Position numbers and translations under genes: made by a program. The notes under the pieces are model-generated. The model was not told the DNA's origin, did not search any database, and saw only the letters and a program-made list of their open reading frames with translations. 38,532 bases of DNA from a virus. The stretch lies in the IMG/VR virus record IMGVR_UViG_3300018412_000005, one strand, 5' to 3'. Shown in pieces: positions 33,605 through 38,532 of this stretch (the first letter of the stretch is position 1; each line of letters opens with the position of its first letter).

Positions 33605-33949
33605 ATGCAGGCAGTACCGATTCAAATGATTGCGCCCCAAGCGCTAACGCAAACGGCTCAAATGCTTTACCAGAGCCCGGCAAACAAGAAAACAATTATC
33701 AGCAAGGTTACTTTTGGTAATACAGCGGCACAAGCGGTAACTGTAACGGCTCATATTGTTCCAGCTGGTGGCGCACCTGATGACACAAACAAAGTGTTAC
33801 CGGCAAAGCTTCTTGATATTAATGAGTCATGGAGTGCATACAGCCTTGAAGGCATTACCATGCGATCAGGCGATATGCTCTATATGAATACTGATGCCAA
33901 TGGGGAAAACAAGGTTGCAGTGGCAGCTTCTGGCGTGGAGGTCTTTTAA
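33605..33949 (+). CDS. Hypothetical small virion-module protein (114 aa)
   Basis: It has a strong AAGGAGA RBS and a beta-rich composition. I recognise no motif. Confidence 0.55.
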   Translation: MQAVPIQMIAPQALTQTAQMLYQSPANKKTIISKVTFGNTAAQAVTVTAHIVPAGGAPDDTNKVLPAKLLDINESWSAYSLEGITMRSGDMLYMNTDANGENKVAVAASGVEVF

Positions 33950-34443
33950 TGGATGAGTTAACGCCGGCGCAGGTCCACCAGCTATTGGCAGAGCAGGTAA
34001 ACGAAAAAATAGAGGCCATGGAAGAAGTCATGCTCGATCATGAGCAGGTTGAAATGCCAGTAGAGCACCGCTTTGTAAATGGCATGTATGCACGTGAGAT
34101 AACTATTCCAAAAGGCACGCTACTTACAGGGCGCGTTCACAAGTTTGGTTATGTGGATATTATGCTTAGTGGTGATATTACAGTTGCAACGCCTGATGGT
34201 GTAAAGCGTTTAACAGGTGTGAATATCATGGAAGGCGTACCAGGTCGCAAGCGTGCTGGATATGCTCACGAAGATACGCACTGGATCACTGTACATAAAA
34301 CGGATGCCACAAGCCCTGAAGGCATTGAAGATATTTTAACGGTATTCAGCATGGCTCAATTCCGGGAGTTACCGCCTGGCGAGCGTGCAGCGCTACCAAA
34401 CGAACAGGAGAATGAGCCATGTCAGTTGTTGCAGCAGCAGTAG
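33949..34443 (+). CDS. Hypothetical cupin-like beta-barrel protein (164 aa)
   Basis: HRFVNGMYAREITIPKGTLLTGRVHKF...IMLSGDITV resembles a small phage beta-barrel family. The call is weak. Confidence 0.4.
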   Translation: MDELTPAQVHQLLAEQVNEKIEAMEEVMLDHEQVEMPVEHRFVNGMYAREITIPKGTLLTGRVHKFGYVDIMLSGDITVATPDGVKRLTGVNIMEGVPGRKRAGYAHEDTHWITVHKTDATSPEGIEDILTVFSMAQFRELPPGERAALPNEQENEPCQLLQQQ

Positions 34444-35105
34444 TTGGTAGCGCCGTTGTTGGCGCGTATTCAGCAAACAAGTCTAGCAAGGCGGCGTCAA
34501 AGGCGTCACAACAAGCAAGTGATGCTCAAGTGCAAGCTAACCGCGAAACCATTGAGTTTCAGCGAGAGGTTTTTGATCAGCAGCGTGAAGATAACGCCCC
34601 ATGGCGTGAGATTGGTACGCAGGCCCTTGGTCAGCTTCAGGCAGGTATTGCTTCAGGAGAGTTTGACCCAAGCAATTTTAAGTTTGAAGCGGATCCCGGT
34701 TATCAATTCAGGCTGCAAGAAGGTGTTAATGCGCTTGACGCTAGTGCTTCTGCGCGAGGAAAGCTTCAGTCAGGAGCTCAGCAAAAGGCGCTTACCAGAT
34801 TTGGGCAAGATTTTGCCAGCAATGAGTATGCAAATGCCTATGCTCGCAATGCAGGATCTAAGGCCATGAACTTCAACCAGCTTGCATCATTGTCAAATGT
34901 TGGACAGGTAGCAAACCAGGCAGACGCCAATGCGCGAACTAACATGGCTAACAATGTCACTCAGAGTACGATTGCAACTGGCAATGCGCTTGCTCAAAAC
35001 GCCATTAACCAGGGTAACGCACAGTCGCAGGCTTATCAGGGGTATGCCCAGGCAGCAAACCAGGGTATGCAGAACTATCTTCTTTACAGCATGATGGGAG
35101 GTTAA
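34419..35105 (+). CDS. Putative internal virion / ejection protein (228 aa)
   Basis: It has a hydrophobic N-terminus and a DPGYQFRLQEG...ASASARGKLQSG...EYANAY core that I recall as common in podovirus internal proteins. It sits in the P22 gp7/gp14 position. Confidence 0.5.
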   Translation: MSVVAAAVVGSAVVGAYSANKSSKAASKASQQASDAQVQANRETIEFQREVFDQQREDNAPWREIGTQALGQLQAGIASGEFDPSNFKFEADPGYQFRLQEGVNALDASASARGKLQSGAQQKALTRFGQDFASNEYANAYARNAGSKAMNFNQLASLSNVGQVANQADANARTNMANNVTQSTIATGNALAQNAINQGNAQSQAYQGYAQAANQGMQNYLLYSMMGG

Positions 35106-35107
35106 TC

Positions 35108-35995
35108 ATGGCTAATGCTTTTGGAATTGACTTGGGCCAGGTTTACCGGACCGCAGAGGCAGTTAAGGGTGCGCGTCAGTCTCGCGAGCAGAACGCGTTA
35201 ATGATGGACTGGAAGAAAGAGGACCGCGAGGCAGCGCGCCAGCGAGGTAACGCTCTTGCTGATTTGCGCTCAAAGGCGTCAGCTGGTGATCCTCAGGCTA
35301 TGCAGGAGCTAAACGCTTTTGACCCTGAAGAAGCTAAGAAGATGCTTGAGTCACTAAGTAAGATGGATGATCGCCAGCGCCAGCAGACACAAGAGAACAT
35401 TGATGCGATCGGAAAAATGTCAGCCTATGTTCTTCAGTCTGAAAACCCTGAGCAGGCATACGAGCTTGCCAGGCAAAGCGTATCACCAGAGCTCGCAGCA
35501 AAGATGCCTGAGCAATACGACCCTAACTTCCTTCAAATGCAGCTTGCCAGAGCTCGCCAGGTTGATGAGTTGCTACAGAACCCTGAGCGCATGACGTTTG
35601 GCACAGAGGACCGACTGTATAAGGATGGCCGCGTTATCGAACGTACAACAAGCAGTCAAGAGCTTGACCGCCAGACAAGTCGGCAAAACGCGTTAACGCG
35701 TGCCAGTGGCGATGGCGGTCTAAAGTCAGCTGATGAGTCATTGATGTATCGTCAGGCTGGTGAGTTGCTTGGTGGTTTGTTTGATCAGCAAGGCAACCTT
35801 CAAAACCTTGACCCGGCCACACGCGGCAAGGTCCAGTCTATCGCAACTGAAGCGGCTAAAATTTATAGCCAAGGTGGCGTTACTCGCTCGCAAGCTGTAA
35901 CACAAGCAGCGAGAAAGCTTGGTATTCAGGTTCAAGATTTGGGGCAAAGTGGTAATATAGACCGCAACAAATTACTTGAAATGTATTCACAGTGA
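35108..35995 (+). CDS. Putative internal virion / ejection protein (295 aa)
   Basis: It is Q/R/E-rich and helical, with a GGAGG RBS. It lies directly upstream of the giant ORF in the ejection-protein slot. Confidence 0.45.
   Translation: MANAFGIDLGQVYRTAEAVKGARQSREQNALMMDWKKEDREAARQRGNALADLRSKASAGDPQAMQELNAFDPEEAKKMLESLSKMDDRQRQQTQENIDAIGKMSAYVLQSENPEQAYELARQSVSPELAAKMPEQYDPNFLQMQLARARQVDELLQNPERMTFGTEDRLYKDGRVIERTTSSQELDRQTSRQNALTRASGDGGLKSADESLMYRQAGELLGGLFDQQGNLQNLDPATRGKVQSIATEAAKIYSQGGVTRSQAVTQAARKLGIQVQDLGQSGNIDRNKLLEMYSQ
35171..35198. repeat. 11-bp-phased hexamer array L7 (3 units)
   Basis: GCGCGT at 35171, TCGCGA at 35182 and ACGCGT at 35193. Confidence 0.75.
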
Positions 35996-36002
35996 GGCGG
36001 GG

Positions 36003-38532
36003 ATGGCAGAGAACCAACAACCTACAAAGGATCAGTTGCTAACAGCACTTGAGAAAGCACACCTTTCAGGGGATACCCAGGGCGCCAAGGAGTTGGCCGC
36101 CTGGCACAATGAGCTTTACGGACCAAAGCAAGAACCAGAGCAGCCTGGACTTATTGACCAGGCTAAGTCTTTTTTCACTTCCGATGAACAGCCTGAAATA
36201 GATGGCTTTACCGGTGCAATGCAGAAGGCACCGCAAGAATACGACAGCTTTGTGACCGCCACCGGGAAAGCTGTTCGCAATGTTCCTGAGCGTTTTCAGC
36301 AATCAGCAGCCGGGCTCATTCAGATGCTTGGCGAGGATATGGGGCAGGAACGTGAGCGCCATATCGCTATTGTTTCTAACCGTCTTGGTATTACGCCAGG
36401 CGATTACAAGTTACTGGCATGGGCAGGCAATGAAGGTCTTGTTGATCCTAAGACGCCTATTCCTGAAGCGCTTGATTACATTAAGCGCAATGTGACTGGC
36501 TCACTTAATGACCAGCAACTGAAGCAAGTTGCAGATATGGGCATTATCAACCCTGATGAGATCGCCGGCTTTGCAAAGTATTGGCGTGAAGAAACTCAGA
36601 AAACCATGGAGCCGGTAAACGCTGAGCCTGGAAGTGCCGCTTATTACGGTAGTGCAGCCATTGGTAGTGTTGCTGAAATGGGGCCTGCATTGCTTGGCAG
36701 TATTCTTACTCGCAATCCAAGTGTAGGTATGCGCCTAATGGCCGGCCAGGTAGGTGGTCAATCTTATGCTGAAGGTCGCGAGCAAGGATTATCGCCTGAT
36801 GAGGCTCAATTCTACGCAGTAGCCAATGCTGCAGCAGAAGCAATCCCTGAGTATATTCCGCTTAGTGTGATTATGAAGCCAGGCCAGAACTTCTTTAAGC
36901 GCGTGCTTAAAGGTGCCTTGGCAGAATCAGCCCAGGAAGTGCTAACCGAGGCCATTCAAACCGGGCTTGATCAGCAGATGATTAACCCGGATATGACTTG
37001 GGCAGAAGCGCGCCAGCGCCTAATTGATGCCGGTATTATCGGTGGTCTTGCTGGTCCAATGATGAGCGGTGTTGCTCATCCAGTCGTTAAGGCACAAGAG
37101 AAGATTGACCAGGCACTTAACGCGCCAGAGCGCCAGCTTGGTATTGCTCTTAATCAGCAGGTTGAGGCAACTCAGTTTGCACCGGCAGAGCAGGCAGCAG
37201 CGCAGGCTTTTGATCCTGCAAATGCACAGCAGCAACAGCAGCCAGCACAGCGTAAGAGCATGGCAGAACTTGTTGCTGAAAAGCTTGAGCAGCGCGGAGT
37301 TAAGCCGGCTCCAGTGGTTGACTACGCACCGAAGCAGCAAGCAATGCCTGAGAATATTGATGTGCCGCTTGAGGTACCTACTCAGGAAGTGGTTGTTGAA
37401 GAACAAGCTAAGGAGCAGGTCAAAGATGAGCCCAAGCAAGAAGCGCCAACTGAAGAACAAGCGAAAGATGAAGCACAACCAACGGATGCGGCGCCAGTCT
37501 ATGGCGAAGGCGTTGAGAGAGTTCAGCACACAACCAAGCGTGGAAAGGAATTAACTGGCGTCATTGATCGTGAAATGACGCTGGATCAAGCCAAAGAGAT
37601 TGACCCTTATGCCTTCAAAAAGGATGGGGGTGTTTTCATTCGTGATAACCGCATTCAGGAGTACAACCAGAATCGGAGTGAAGAAAATGCAAGAGTGGAT
37701 ACAGCAGGCGTTGAACGACAAGGTGATCAGCAGCAGCGAAGCCAAGAGCCTGGACGAGTACCTGAGCCAGCACAGCAACAGCAGCAACCTAGTGATATTG
37801 CCTCAGAGCCTGGAAAGCGCGGCTCAGAGAATATTCCTGTGGCAGACACCGCAGAGCGAATTGACGATGCACTGACACCTAAAGCTGAGTGGCGAAACGA
37901 TTTAATGAAGGCGCGAGATTATGCCAACAAGTTGCGCCAAGCAGGAAAGCTTGATGGTGATGCGGCTCGCCAAGTGTGGAATGACGCGGAAGCGTTAACC
38001 AATTTAATTGACTATGCCACTTTGACGCCAGAGCAGCGCCAGGTGCGCAGAGATATTGAAGGGCGTATTAACAATGTTGCCAGTGAACCAGGTGCGGAAA
38101 ACCGACAGTCAAAGGGTATGGCCGCTCAGCGAGTCATTGAGCGATCTGATTTACCAGAGTCGCAAAAGCAAAAGCTACTTACCGATTTACAAGCAGCCTG
38201 GCAACCAGAGCAAGCACAGGAGCAAACCAATGAACCTACAGAATTGGATCAGCCAAGCCAAGAAGCACTGGCAGGAGTTCCAGCCGAGCAAGTACCAGGC
38301 GCTGAAGAAACAGGGGGCGCTGGACTTAGCCCTGAAGCAAGCGGCAGAGCAGACGCTGGCCGAGGTGAGCGAATTGGAGAGCCAGGGGTATCAACCGGAC
38401 GAGGCGTTTCAGATGGTCAGGGAGAATCACCTGTTTCCACCAGCGGAGCAGAGCGAACCGGACGAGGCGAGCAACGCGGCACCGATGTACCAGGAAGCGT
38501 TGCAGATGAAAAGCCGAGTGATGCAGGCCGAC
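36003..38532 (+). CDS. Giant polyvalent virion protein, N-terminal part (runs off the window end; continues at base 124)
   Basis: The ATG at 36003 lies 5 nt after a GAGG RBS. My hand translation of frame 3 shows no stop to 38532. It has Gly/Ala-rich hydrophobic segments (AAYYGSAAIGSVAEMGPALLGSIL, LIDAGIIGGLAGPMMSGV), then Q/E/P-rich linkers separating small folded islands. Confidence 0.8.
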   Translation, partial: MAENQQPTKDQLLTALEKAHLSGDTQGAKELAAWHNELYGPKQEPEQPGLIDQAKSFFTSDEQPEIDGFTGAMQKAPQEYDSFVTATGKAVRNVPERFQQSAAGLIQMLGEDMGQERERHIAIVSNRLGITPGDYKLLAWAGNEGLVDPKTPIPEALDYIKRNVTGSLNDQQLKQVADMGIINPDEIAGFAKYWREETQKTMEPVNAEPGSAAYYGSAAIGSVAEMGPALLGSILTRNPSVGMRLMAGQVGGQSYAEGREQGLSPDEAQFYAVANAAAEAIPEYIPLSVIMKPGQNFFKRVLKGALAESAQEVLTEAIQTGLDQQMINPDMTWAEARQRLIDAGIIGGLAGPMMSGVAHPVVKAQEKIDQALNAPERQLGIALNQQVEATQFAPAEQAAAQAFDPANAQQQQQPAQRKSMAELVAEKLEQRGVKPAPVVDYAPKQQAMPENIDVPLEVPTQEVVVEEQAKEQVKDEPKQEAPTEEQAKDEAQPTDAAPVYGEGVERVQHTTKRGKELTGVIDREMTLDQAKEIDPYAFKKDGGVFIRDNRIQEYNQNRSEENARVDTAGVERQGDQQQRSQEPGRVPEPAQQQQQPSDIASEPGKRGSENIPVADTAERIDDALTPKAEWRNDLMKARDYANKLRQAGKLDGDAARQVWNDAEALTNLIDYATLTPEQRQVRRDIEGRINNVASEPGAENRQSKGMAAQRVIERSDLPESQKQKLLTDLQAAWQPEQAQEQTNEPTELDQPSQEALAGVPAEQVPGAEETGGAGLSPEASGRADAGRGERIGEPGVSTGRGVSDGQGESPVSTSGAERTGRGEQRGTDVPGSVADEKPSDAGR
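38410..38532. repeat. Terminal direct repeat copy 2 (circular-closure overlap)
   Basis: It is identical to bases 1-123. Confidence 0.9.

Noticed and set aside
1-38532. tRNA genes, CRISPR arrays, integrase or attP, toxin-antitoxin pairs, and other stand-alone defence systems.
   Set aside because: Coding density is very high, with the largest gap only 182 nt. No cloverleaf-like or repeat-spacer structure was seen, and no ORF shows integrase or recombinase motifs. Absence is judged by eye only.

Overview
The window is a complete phage genome closed into a circle. Bases 1-123 are identical to 38410-38532, which gives a 38,409 bp unit. All functional calls come from motifs I recognise by eye plus synteny. 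No database search was run.

Layout:
- Leftward early operon (15598 to 11990): Cro-like HTH, lambda O-like initiator, zinc-finger protein, lambda P-like loader, Dam-type methyltransferase, DUF1367-like and DUF1364/YbcO-like proteins.
- Rightward early operon (15736 to 21983): Rad52-like annealing protein, DnaQ-type exonuclease, a CsrA homologue, N4 gp49-like protein, YfdQ-like protein, RyR-domain protein and SSB.
- Late region (22166 onward): M15 endolysin, holin, PD-(D/E)XK nuclease, second holin-like protein, TerS, TerL, then a P22-like head and neck module (portal, scaffold, coat, gp4-like, gp10-like), tail and internal proteins, and an 1120-aa tail fibre.
- I saw no tRNA, CRISPR array, integrase, CI-type repressor, polymerase or reverse transcriptase.

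Two things stand out:
1. One uninterrupted ORF starts at 36003, crosses the circular junction and ends at 8558. It is 3654 aa, 28.5 percent of the genome. It sits in the P22 ejection-protein slot and fuses an N-terminal virion region to an N6-adenine methyltransferase, an SNF2/DEAH helicase, an HExxH zincin and about 950 aa I cannot assign. This looks like a DarB-like polyvalent protein.
2. At least nine loci carry 2-4 ACGCGT-type (CGCG-core) hexamers spaced at exactly 11 bp. They occur on both coding strands, in all reading frames and in the main intergenic gap. They cluster in the initiator gene, in terS and at the early/late boundary. I interpret them as DNA-level protein-binding arrays (ori, pac or regulatory). 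I do not recognise them as a described motif.
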